Below are positions 26,432 to 37,800 of a stretch of 64,000 nucleotides of DNA, in pieces. The stretch comes from Amphiscolops sp. MND2022 (Eukaryota), in NCBI GenBank assembly GCA_964187785.1, contig OZ076415.1, forward strand, positions 53,196,001-53,260,000, in the 5' to 3' direction. The position numbers and the translations under genes are program-made. The notes below the pieces were generated by a model. That model was not told the origin of the DNA. It did no database searches and worked only from the letters and a program-made list of their open reading frames with translations. Numbering within the stretch: position 1 is the stretch's first letter; each line of letters begins with the position of its first letter.

Positions 26432-27128
26432 ATGCAAATTTTGGAAGTTGTTGACTCTAAGCGAGGCAAAATCGTCATTTTTGATAATTTTCGTTATACC
26501 ATCAATAAAATACACCAGTATCGACGTATTTACAATGCTTCAGAAAATGCGGGGTTCGGATGGTGGCAAACAGCAATTTGTCAGCGGTGATAAAACTCCC
26601 ACGTTTCCATAATCATGAAGTAGAAACTGAAGAAATTCAAAATGAAAATATTCGCCAGAAAATGATACAAAAGGTGCAAAAAGACCCGACGAAACTTTTG
26701 AAAGAAATTTATGACAACGTTCTCGAGCGTAACCCGACGGAATCTTGCACTGAGTATCATTCCGTTAAATCGTCTCTTTATCGTGAACGACGTAAAGAAC
26801 TTCCCTCACCACCCCAAATGTTGACTCTGGACATTAGGGGGTAATGGAAAAAAACGTTAACTGGTCACAGATTTTTATTGAAAAACAACCGGAGCTCTGG
26901 TGTTGTTGTTTATGCTACCCTCCAAATGATGCAAAATTATCGGAAACTAGCATCATCATTGCAGACGGCACTTTCAAGGCTTGTCCAGAACCGTTTGAAC
27001 AAAATTACGTAATTTTCGGAGTCTTCGACGAGCGAACAATTCCTTTGGTATTTGCTTTTCTTGAAGGGAAAACAACACATCATCATCTTCGATTGTTCGA
27101 AATTATCAAACAAAAAATTGGGGAAAAT
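26432..27128 (+). pseudogene. MULE transposase 5' half (FLYWCH-like finger and first catalytic region)
   Basis: SKRGKIVIFDNFRYTINK...HNH; IIIADGTFKACPEPFEQNYVI...IPLVFAFL; frameshifted. Confidence 0.85.
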
Positions 27129-27613
27129 TTCACAAAGTTGCAGCACGCCATCAAATATAGAAGATTGCTCTCCCATGAAACGTTGGGCATTCACACAAAA
27201 TTTACTCCAATGGTTCTGGACACTGTGGTCTAAGTAATATGTGTCATCTCTTCCAGAACGAGGAAAATGGACATCGGAGAAGGAAAATCTCAATATCTCA
27301 GAAGGATATTGTATATATCACAGATGACAATAGACCGCCCTTGCAATGGCCCATAGGTTGAGTAATACATGTTTACAGTGGACCTGACAGATTCGTCCGT
27401 GTTGTGCAGATCAAAACAGCAACTGGAACTTACAATCGTGCAGTCCACAAATTACGAAGGATGCCTTTAGCTTGATGCTAATCTATTGAAATTCGAATGA
27501 TGGGCCGTATACCCACTCCTTATAGCAGATAGTGTAACCCTGTAAATTATTATTCACCAATCTTCAAGACATTCTTTTTGATTTCTGACGTGGAGAAATC
27601 AAGGCGGGCGGTA
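27129..27613 (+). mobile_element. 3' fragment of a BEL-2 copy (end of integrase, 3' UTR, PPT)
   Basis: 27129-27512 is nearly identical to 34445-34824; PPT AAGGCGGGCGGTA at 27601-27613. Confidence 0.9.
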
Positions 27614-29495
27614 TGTCTGAAATGGATATTTGGCTATTTCTCGAGACCCAGAAATCGGATCGGCACCAAATTTGATAGGAAAACAGATAATTTTATGCCT
27701 AATTCAACGCCTCTAAAACCCTCACTTTTTATTGGGATTTAGACTATCCGACGGGCATCCGAAGTTCTACCCTATCTTAATACATGGGGTTTTCCCACTC
27801 TCCACACTAAAAATCGTCCCCCAGAAAAACTCAAGGAGCAAACCCCCTGGTTTTTTGGCCGTATAACCTCTGGACTTCACGTTCTACTTATGCACAGTAC
27901 TTTGGAACCCTTCCTGTTATTGAATGGATTTTTATGACAATAACAAAAATGAAGATACTTACTCAATTGACTTGATAGGAACCCTTTCTCGTAATACTTG
28001 CAAACCGAGAGTTTTTCCAGGCTTCTCTGGCTAGCCTATCGGTCTCTGTACCATTTATCACGTACGAAATCCTTGGTGTAGTTGCTGTGCCCATTCTGTC
28101 TGACATTGTCAGGACGCAATGGGCTAATCCCCAAGGCAAGATTATACTGTCGCCGGTCTTCTGGATCGCCCAGTGAATATGTTTTAATCACTCTCCGCCG
28201 CACTCAAGCAGCTTCAACAGATCCACGAGGCGTCCACTGTCACGGCAGAGCTCACGGGCAAGCTCCGTTTGGGTGCACACCAACCACAACTTCCATACGG
28301 AGATGACCGTTGTAACTGATGGGGATGCTGGATCGAAGTCGACGTGCCACAGCGTCCATGATCGTCCAACAGCCACAAACAGGCATGCCTCATGCAAGTC
28401 GCAGTCTTGGTGCTCTTTAACCCTCGTTACCGCCGTCGATGTTCCATTTTCCACTGCGTTGCACCAGTTCTTCTCGTAGCAGTGCTCAAAGCGAGTAGCA
28501 CCAAATTCTCTGCATTGCTTGGCTTTTATGTACTCTTGATCGACTCTTTTACGTAAAGTGGCTTCATTGCCAGATAATTTGGCCGAGAATCTACCCCAGT
28601 TTTTGTCTACCAATCTAATAATTGGCTCACGAACAATTTGGGGAATCGACAGATCGGGAGTATCAGGCAGCTCGCCTTTATTAATTTCCTTCATTGGTGT
28701 CAGCAAATTGCCGCAAGTGATCAATGACACTATGTGATCGGCAAGATTATTGGCACCCATCTGGAAAACAAAATAGTGCAAACATCGTCATATCAACTTG
28801 GAAATCAATCATAGACATCAAGAATTCCAAAAAACATCAAAGAGACCAAACTCCTGACAACGACCGACCATTTTTCATCAAATGGCGATTTCAACGACCA
28901 ATGCTGGATCGAAATATGACGGAAATGAACCATTTATTGTTTTCCTATATTCATTGCGACTAATTTGCATCAACAAGACGTTCGATAGTGAATTTCGTCA
29001 TTTTCGGCATTTTCGACTATTTTGGGTGAAACAGCCAAATCGCGACTTGAGCAGAAGAGGGTGTCGACAACGAAATTTTCACCTGCAATTATATAACATG
29101 TGAAAGTCACATCAGTGACGACAGGCCTGAATTGAGTTTGTTTTATCATTTTTAAACTCTACTAAAGATTATTACTATAAATTGAATGCGTATTTGTCGA
29201 GATTGCGTATATTGGTAAAGGTGCTTTATTGCCGAATTCAAATCAGCCAATCAAAATGCGCCATTTGTCCGTACTGACATGCTTGATTTCTCCATCTTTT
29301 TTGTTCACTTTTTTGCTTTGTTTTGACTATTTATAGTTGCTTTTCGAGGGAATTTGTCAGAAGAAATTCACCGCTTTATATTAAAGCACCTGTTTTACGT
29401 CGAACATTTCGAGTGGTCCGCCAGGGGACGACAGTCAAGGACGTAAATTACTTCTGCAACTGTTGTTAATCCTACGAAGAGTGTCGGCGCGTACA
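27614..29495 (+). repeat. BEL-2 LTR, 1882 bp, shared between the upstream fragment and the downstream full element
   Basis: Starts TGT right after the PPT, ends ACA 3 nt before the PBS; 27998-29490 is repeated at 34825-36308; CCAAT (about 29248) and TATA-like (about 29376) motifs. Confidence 0.85.
27963..28760 (-). pseudogene. JmjC-domain 2OG/Fe(II) dioxygenase (KDM2/KDM7-like) antisense ORF inside the LTR; 265 codons with one internal TGA at 28190-28188
   Basis: DLSIPQIVRE; CLFVAVGRSWTLWHVDFDP...SVWKLWLV (T, HxD, K); reading past the TGA gives WAIQKTGDSIILPWGLAHCVLT (distal His at 28121-28119). ATG preceded by TTTTGTTTTCCAG; AATAAA at 27733-27728. Confidence 0.85.
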
Positions 29496-29498
29496 TTG

Positions 29499-29516
29499 TG
29501 GTCCGCCGACCCGGAC
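29499..29516 (+). promoter_or_regulatory. BEL-2 primer-binding site
   Basis: TGGTCCGCCGACCCGGAC 3 nt after the LTR end. Confidence 0.8.
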
Positions 29517-29569
29517 ACAGTAAATTACTTCAGTACTCATCTTCAAATCGACAAGTTTCTCACAAGAAA

Positions 29570-32500
29570 ATGACTACCGAAGAAGCAACAAAAAACATCA
29601 TGAAGCTGAAGAGAGTGCGCGGTGGACACAAGGCGGCTTTTACCCTTCTGACAACAAGGGTTGAAGATCTTCTCAGAGCTTCAATTGAAGATGATGAAAA
29701 GCTATGTGAAGCTGAAGCACTTTTGACCAGCTTGAACAGAAAAATGCTAGACAATTACAGATGGGATACAGAAATTCAGCTGGAAATAGAAGACGAGGCT
29801 GAATTAGAAGCCGATACACAAGCTTCAACAACATTCGACGTCTCCTCTGGTATCACAATTGCTCGTCTAACTGCACTAATTGACAATTACAAGAAAAGAA
29901 CTGCAGCACGAACAAATTCATCACCACAAAGTAGTTATTCTCCATCAAGTACAAGTAGCCTTAAACTACCCAAGCTACAATTACCCAGTTTCAGTGGTTC
30001 ATATACAGAGTGGAATTCCTTTAGAGATCTTTTCAACGCATCAGTAGACTCCAACACACAGCTCAGCAACTCAGAGAAATTGAATTAACTGCGTGCCTGC
30101 GTCAAAGGTGATGCAGCAAAATTAATCAGCTCGCTCACCATCACAGATGCTAATTACAGTATCGCCCAGCGTTTGCTGACTGAGAGGTATGAAAATAAGC
30201 GTAGTATTGTTAACGCTCATCTCAAGACCATCTGGTCCCAACCTTCTATCCGGACAGAATCAGGAAGTGCGCTAAGAAAATTGTTAGAAACTTGCAATGA
30301 AAAATTGCGCGCACTCCAAGAGCAGGTTCAAGGTACCGAGTATTGGGACCCTCTTTTAGACTTCTAGTTATGCGACAAGATGGACCCGGAATCCAGAAAG
30401 CAGTGGGATTTGGATAATCCTGGTACGGAGCTATTAACATGGAAACAGCTGTCAAAGTTCCTTGACACCAAAAGTAGAGCACTTGAAACCAGCGGAACCA
30501 ACATGGTATCCATTACCAATCAATCACAGCCACCTCGTGAAAAGCGAGCTCAAGTCTATACTGCTTCAACAGTGTGTAGCCAAAATTGCACTGAAGAACA
30601 CAAACTTCACGCTTGTCCCCAATTCAAGCAAGTGTCAATTCCAGATAGATATAACTGCGTGAAGACCAATCGGGCATGCTTCAATTGTCTACAATCTGGT
30701 CACAGCGCTTCCAAATGCCCATCCAAGTTTACTTGTCGCGAATGCAAACAAAGACATCATACACTTTTACACCGAACCCTCAAAGGCAATCAGGATAAAA
30801 AGGAAAATGCAGCAGGACTATTCAGTAATCTTCCAGACACAGCTTCAGAACATACTTCAGAACTTCAACAGACAGCAGATCGGGACATTGCAATGCCAGT
30901 GTACCAATCAACAATGTGTTGTTATCTACTGCTCTGGTTTCAATCAAGGACTCTACTGGCAAGACTGTGAAGCTTCGAGCATTGCTTGATTCGGGTTCTC
31001 AAGCCAGTTTCATTACGGAAAAAATGGCAGCAGCTTTGATGCTCAAAGTCAAAAGAAGTCAAGTCGCAATCACCACTTTGGGAGCATCAGCTACTGAAAA
31101 GACGAAAGAGATATTAGCAACGAAGCTTAACGGCACTGTGCCTGTTAATCTTCACGTCATCCCGAGAATAACAAATCAGGTGCCCCCAAGTAAAGTCGAT
31201 GCCTCTCAATTGCATCTTATTCGCAATCTGAAACTTGCTGATCCAGCATTCAATACCCCTGGAAAAAATGATGTACTACTTGGAGCTGATGTTCTCGAGG
31301 ATGTGATGATGGAAGCCAAACTCAAGGATGGTGGTCTATCAGTTCGTGACTCGATCTTCAGTTGGGTAGTGTCAGGCCCAGTGAAACCTCTTCAAGAAAT
31401 GAGCATCACCTCTCATCATATTGCATTTGAACCCAACCACGATACTGATCAATTGCTGTCTCGTCTATGGGATTTGGAGAATGTGCCTGAGAAAAGACAT
31501 ATATCTTCAGAAGAAAAAGGATGTGAAGAGCATTTTGATCGCACGACTAAAAGAAAGGATGACGGACGTTTCATTGTGGAAATGCCCTTCAAGGAAGACT
31601 GCTCGCAGCTTGGGCACAGCAAAGCCTTAGCTATGCGTCGCTTTCTAAACCTTGAACGAAAGCTAAGTGGTGACCAGTCCCTCCATGAACGTTACTCTGC
31701 ATTCATCAAGGAATTCATTGACATGGGTCATCTCGAAAAAGTACCCATTTATGAACTGGAAACATCTCGCAATTACTACCTTCCTCATCACTGTGTCACA
31801 AAGGAAAGCAGTTCAACAACGAAACTTCGAGTTGTCTTTGACGCTAGCGCAAAAACCACAAGTGGACTGTCTCCTAATGATTGCTTGCTAGTGGGGCCGA
31901 AATTGCAAGATGACTTATTTCACATTCTGACAAGATTTCGCTTCTTCAAGGTGGCAATGTCTGCTGACGTTGCTAAGATGTACAGGCAAGTGAAGCTATG
32001 CCCAAGGGATAAAGATCTACATAGACTTTTGTAGCGATTCCAACAAACAGAGCCAGTTGACACGTACAGAATGACACGAGTAACGTACGGCGTGGCTAGC
32101 TCTTCATACCACTCTATTCGCAGCCTCAGGGAGTGCGCCAATTTTGAAGACACTCAGGAGTCTGTGCGTGATGCACTCACAAGGGACTTTTATGAGGACG
32201 ACATCCTGACCGGTGCTAGCTCGGAGACGGAAGCAGTGGAGCTGCAAGACGGACTCATCAAGACACTCAAGAAGGGCCAATTTGACTTGCGAAAATGGAC
32301 CTGTAATCTGCCAGAACTCGTATTGAGGCTTCCACAAGAATACCGTGAAGCGAATGAAGAAGTCAAGTTTCTTGATGAGACGCACACCATAAAGACGTTA
32401 GGCGTCGTCTGGAATCCTTCTAGCGACAAATTTACCTTCACAGTATCTCATCTTTCAAACGATCTCGATGAAGCAACCATCATCAAAAGAAAGATGTTAA

Positions 32501-34787
32501 GTGACATCGCCAAAATCTTCGATCCTCTCGGTTGGATGTCACCAGTTTCACTAGAGCTGAAACACTTGATGCAACAGGTGTGGTAATGCCGAGTTGACTG
32601 GGATAAAAAACTTCCGACCGAATTGACAACAGCCTATCTTGATTGGAGAAGGGAACTCGAAGCCTTGAAGGACATTCGACTGCAAAGATTCTGCCTTTCC
32701 AAGGAACAATCTGACAAAGTTGCACTCCATGTATTCTGCGATGCATCAGAGAAAGGCTATGCTGCGTGCATCTACGTGGTAGCTGAAAATGATTTTGGAG
32801 AAAAGACATCAATGCTCCTAGCTGCCAAGTCAAGAGTGGCTCCCCTCAAAGTGCAATCAATACTTCGATTGGAGCTATGTGGTGCATTATTGGGACAACG
32901 ACTGCTCTCTTCAGTACTCCAAGGACTCTCCAAACTGAAGTTGGCAATCGTTCAGAGATTTGCCTGGACCGATTCGACCATTGTATTGTGCTAGCTGAAG
33001 CAGGAACCCAATCACTGGACAACGTTTGTTGCAAATCGAGTGGAGAAATCCAGCAGGATAGCGAATTAGACTGGCGACATGTCCCAACGCATGAGAATCC
33101 AGCTGATATAGCATCTCGTGGGCTCAATCCGTCTCTTTTGGCAGAAAACAAGCTTTGGTGGTCTGGCCCCAAATGGCTCAAAACTGGACAAATTCCACAG
33201 CCCTATCATTTATTGGAAAAGAAGGAAGAATGCAAGAAGACAGCACCCTCCACACAAGTTCTCCTAGCAGGGACTACTTCTAATGGAATCTCGTCTGAAG
33301 GAGTCATCGACTTATCAAAACAGAATTCATTGACGAAGGCCATTCGAATTGTTGCTATCATTCGGAGGTTCTACAACCGCCAGAGGAAGAATCTCAATCA
33401 ATTACCCATGTACATCACAAGGGAAGAATCATCAGAAGCTCTCAAGATTCTCCTTCGACAAGAGCAACAGAAATTTTTGGAAGAGGAAATTAGAACACTC
33501 GAAAAGGATGTTCAAGTGAAAAAGACTAGCAGACTTGTCAAACTATACCCTTTTCTTCATGAAGGCGTCTTGTGCGTGGGAGGACGATTGGTTCACGCCA
33601 CCCTGGCAGATCAATCAAAATATCCAAGAGTCGTTCCCGCCGAAAGTCATCTGGCAGAATTAATTATCCAAAACTCTCACAGAATCACCCTTTATGGGGG
33701 CACTAACCAAGTCATCACCCACATTAGACAGCATTTTTGGATCCCTGCATCCAGAAATCTCGTCCGGAAGACAATCATGAATTGTACTACATGTTCACGA
33801 TTTACATTGAAACCTTGTTATCCTCTTATAGGGGATTTCCCTAAGCAACGAGTGGACATTCCCAATCGGGCGTTTCAAGATGTAAGCTTGGATTTTGCTG
33901 GACCTTTGTTGTGCAAGGGTCCTAATCGCACTTCAACCAAAGCCTATTTGGTCATTTTTATATGCTTTGCAAGCCGTGCTGTACATCTAGCTGCTGTATC
34001 CGATTTAACAGCACAAGCATGCATCGCTGCCTTGAGACGCTTTGTGTCCCGACGAAGCTGTCCTGACACAATATACTCTGACAATGGGAGTAACTTCGTT
34101 GGAGCTCAAGCTGAGATCAAAACTTTGCAACATTTGCTCCAAAGCGAACATGAGAATTCTCTACAAGCAACAGCCGCCGGGTTGCAGCTAAAGTGGTCTT
34201 TCATTCCCCTTCGAGCGCCACAATTTGGAGGACTTTGGGAGGCAGCAGTGAAGAGTGCAAAGAAACATCTGCGTCGAACAATGGGTAATAATGTGCTAAA
34301 CTTCGAAGAACTTTCCACACTAATCTGCCAAATCGAAAATGTACTCAATTCCAGACCTATTGGAACAATCTCAGAAGATCCAAAGGACGAAACTCCGATA
34401 ACGCCTGCAGATTTGTGTAGTGGTGGAAAATTGCATCTAATCCCTTCACAAAGTTGCAGCACGCCATCAAAAATAGAAGATTGCTCTCCCATGAAACGTT
34501 GGGCATTGACACAAATTTTAATTCAATGGTTCTGGACACCGTGGTCTAAGGAATATGTGTCATCTCTCCAAGAACGAGGAAAATGGACATCGGAGAAGGA
34601 AAATCTTAAACTCTGGGATATTGTATATATTACAGATGACAATACACCGCCCTTGCAATGGCCCATAGGATGAGTAATACATGTTTACAGTGGACCTGAC
34701 AGATTCGTCCGTGTTATGAAGATCAAAACAGCAACTGGAATTTACAATCGTGCAGTCCACAAATTACGAAGGATGCCTTTAGCTTGA
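29570..34787 (+). pseudogene. BEL-2 gag-pol (DUF1759 gag, Cys/His fingers, aspartic protease, RT, RNase H, integrase)
   Basis: LKLPKLQLPSFSG; CFNCLQSGHSASKC; LRALLDSGSQASF; DFYEDDIL; FCDASEKGYAAC; RLELCGALL; LCVGGRL; GGLWEAAVKSAK. About 6 in-frame stops and 2 frameshifts. Confidence 0.95.
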
Positions 34788-34824
34788 TGCTAATCTATTA
34801 AAATTCGAACGGTGGGCCGTATAC

Positions 34825-35588
34825 TTGCAAACCGAGAGTTTATCCAGACTTCTCTGGCTAGCCTATCGGTCTCTGTACCATTTATCACGTACGAAATCCT
34901 TGGTGTAGTTGCTGCGCCCATTCTGTCTGACATTGTCAGGACGCAATGGGCTAATCCCCAAGGCAAGATTATACTGTCGCCGGTCTTCTGGATCGCCCAG
35001 TGAATATGTTTTAATCACTCTCCGCCGCCCTCAAGCAGCTTCAACAGACCCACGAGGCGTCCACTGTCACGGCAGAGATCACGGGCAAGCTCCGTTTGGG
35101 TGAACACCAACCACAACTTCCATCCGGAGATGACTGTTGTAACTGATGGGGATGCTGGATCGAAGTCGACGTGCCACAGCGTCCATGATCGTCCAACAGC
35201 CACAAACAGGCATGCCTCATGCAAGTCGCAGTCTTGGTGCTCTTTAACCCTCGTTACCGCCCACGATGTTCCATTTTCCACTGCGTTGCACCAGTTCTTC
35301 TCGTAGCAGTGCTCAAAGCGAGTAGCACCAAATTCTTTGCATTTCTTGACTTTTATGTACTCTTGATCGACTCTTTCACGTAAAGTAGGCTTCATTGCCA
35401 GAAAATTTGGCCAAGAATTTACTCCAGTTTTTGTCTACCATTCTAATAATTGGCTCACGAACACTTTGGGGAATCGACCGATCGGGAGTATCAGGCAGCT
35501 CGCCTTTATTAATTTCCTTCATTGGTGTCAGCAAATTGCCGCAAAAGATCAATGACACTATGTGATCTGCAAGAATATTGGCATCCAT
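34825..35588 (-). pseudogene. Second copy of the LTR-borne JmjC ORF
   Basis: Same motifs (WHVDF, SGWKLW, QKTGDSIILPWGLAHCVLT), same TGA (35017-35015), extra frameshift near 35395, last codons deleted. Confidence 0.85.
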
Positions 35589-36308
35589 CTGGAAAACAAA
35601 ATAGTGCAAACATCGTCATATCAACTTGGAAATCAATCATAGACATCACGATTTCCAAAAAACATCAAAGAGACCAAACTCCTGAAAACGACCGACCATT
35701 TTTCATCAAATGGCGATTTCAACGATCAATGCTGGATCGAAATATGACGGAAATGAACCATTTATTGTTTTCCTATATTCATTGCGACTAATTTGCATCA
35801 ACAAGACGTTCGATAGTGAATTTCGTCATTTTCGGCATTTTCGACTATTTTGGGTGAAACAGCCAAATCGTGACTTGAGCAGAAGAGGGTGTCGTCAACG
35901 AAATTTTCACCAGCAATTATTTAACATGTGAAAGTCACATCGGTGAAGACAGGCCTAAATTGAGGTTGTTTTATCATTTTTAAACTCTACTAAAGACTAT
36001 TAATATAAATTGAATGCATATTTGTCGAGATTGCGTATATTGGTAAAGGTGCTTTTTTGCCGAATTCAAATCAGCCAATCAAATTGCGCCATTTGTCAGT
36101 ACTGACATGCTTGATTTCTCCATCATTTTTGTTCAGTTTTTTGCTTTGTTTTGACTACTTATAGTTGCTATTTGTCAGAAGAAATTCACCGCTTTATATT
36201 AAAGCACCTGTTTTACCTCGAACATATCGAGTGGTCCGCCAGCGGACGACAGTCAAGGACGTAAATTACTTCTGCAACTGTTGTTAATCCTACGAAAAGT
36301 GTCGGCGC
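34825..36308 (+). repeat. BEL-2 3' LTR, truncated at both ends
   Basis: Lacks the PPT and first ~385 bp (485-bp deletion at ATAC microhomology relative to 27513-27997); stops at GTCGGCGC, 5 nt short of the LTR end. Confidence 0.85.
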
Positions 36309-36881
36309 CTTAAAGGGCTGTTACTTTCATTTCACCCAAGCAATTTTCCGCCGGGTGCAAAATTCAGGATTGCAGATGGGTTACCGGAGGGATGAAGAAT
36401 TGAAAATGTTCTTTAGGAAGTTCATTTCGGTCGGATTTTTGCCAATGGACGAAATTGGGGGTTCCATAGTTCGACTTTTAGAAGACCAAGAAACTCAAAG
36501 ACTTGTCAGAAGGTATATTGATTTACAAGATTTTCTGCAATATTTTTATAGAACGTGGTTCCGCACCTTCCCCCAGAAATGTGCGTTTTTGAGCGCCCCT
36601 CTAGAATACGCACGACAAATAATTGTGAGGGCTGTAACAATGCCTGGAATAGAAGAAATGGCCGAAAAAGTCCGAATTTTTGGCTGGCAATACGTTTCTT
36701 GAAAAGAGAGGAGAGAATTATCAGGAACACAATTGAAAGCATGGAGGCCGGGGCAATGCCACCGCGGCAACGCAAAAAATGGCGAACCTTGAACTTGCAA
36801 ATTGATGTCTTGAAATTTTCCTTAATTGCAGGTAACCGGTCTGTGATGAAATATTGGAAAGCTGTTTCATTTGTTTGTAAA
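36309..36881 (+). pseudogene. MULE transposase 3' half
   Basis: KGCYFHFTQAIFRRVQ (CxFH motif), FLQYFYRTW, RTTNNCEGCNNAWN, SPNFWLAIRFLKREE. Confidence 0.9.
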
Positions 36882-37224
36882 GGGTGGCTGTAAATAGGTC
36901 GAATTTTTCTGGTCGAAAGGACAGAGGTCGAACCTTTTGATCGAATTACAGGGATCGAAAGGAATGCGGTCGAATTTTATCGTATTTGTTTTATGGGTCG
37001 GTCGCTTCGCTCCCTTCGCCAAGTAGCAACATTGAGGCATGGCCATATGGCACGTCGCTCCGCTTCGCTCCTGCATTCAGGGCACTAGGTGTATGTAAAC
37101 ATATCACTACGTTATAAAAATTTCGATCCGAGTTGTTTCGATCCCATTCAAAAAATTTGGTATGTCGACCTGAGGACTAACTCTGATTTTCGATCCCGTT
37201 CCTTCGACCTACTTCCGCCCACCC
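36882..37224. mobile_element. 343-bp MULE-type MITE with 9-bp TSD, inserted in the last codons of the transposase
   Basis: TSD GTTTGTAAA at 36873-36881 and 37225-37233; TIR GGGTGG...TAGGTCGAA / TTCGACCTA...CCACCC; internal GTCGAA/TTCGAT repeats. Confidence 0.85.
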
Positions 37225-37278
37225 GTTTGTAAATCAATGTAATTGATTTCAAATAAATGAAGTGAATTCAGTTCTAGT

Positions 37279-37371
37279 TTCGGAGCTATGGCACTGTGTT
37301 TTAAATTCGGAGCTATGGCACTGTGTTTTAAATTCGGAGCTATGGCACTGAATTTGAAATTCGGAGCTATG
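37279..37371 (+). repeat. 27-bp tandem repeat x3.5 in the right MULE terminus
   Basis: TTCGGAGCTATGGCACTGTGTTTTAAA units; inverse motif repeated at 26257-26310. Confidence 0.9.
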
Positions 37372-37619
37372 AATAGTCACTGTTCTAGGAACTGTGAGCG
37401 ACAGAGATGCGTTCGAAGAAACTTATTACATTTTAACCTATATTTTATCCTATATATCATTGCAGCTTAAAAAAATTCTACCGGTCGACTGGGATAGTGG
37501 CTGGTATGAGTAGTTTGTTGGTTGTTTTTTTTGTTACTGGGATAGTGGCTGGTATGGGGTTCCCTACTTTCGCTGCAGACCACGGGTGTGTCTTCTCCCC
37601 CCAACATGATGATACACAT

Positions 37620-37800
37620 GGCACTTGATTGATGACGAAGATCCATGAAATCTGATAGAACTTGTAGGAAAAAAAAGCAAACACAGCATCATATAGAGTT
37701 TTGCGACAACCATCCAGTACCAGTGAGAATTTGCCTGGCAATTCCGAAGCAACTGATCTCAGCAAAGTATGCTGTCATTTTGACAATGTGGCAATTTCAG
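37620..37800 (-). mobile_element. hAT-like transposase fragment (first catalytic Asp region)
   Basis: ELPGKFSLVLDGC...YDAVFA resembles LPxxFxLxxDGW...YxAVFA. Confidence 0.5.

Larger units (their letters stand above)
26247..37380 (+). mobile_element. MULE/Mutator DNA transposon split by a BEL/Pao tandem
   Basis: Direct repeat TGTTCTAGGA at 26237-26246 and 37381-37390; terminal inverted motif CATAGCTCCGAA / TTCGGAGCTATG; transposase halves on either side of the insert. Confidence 0.9.

Noticed and set aside
30086-32994. APOBEC-like G->A hypermutation from several TGG->TAG stops in BEL-2
   Set aside because: Trp codons are the easiest route to a stop; three cases without a consensus alignment are not evidence.
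37279-37371. CRISPR-like array
   Set aside because: Spacer-less tandem units in a eukaryotic MULE terminus; no cas genes.
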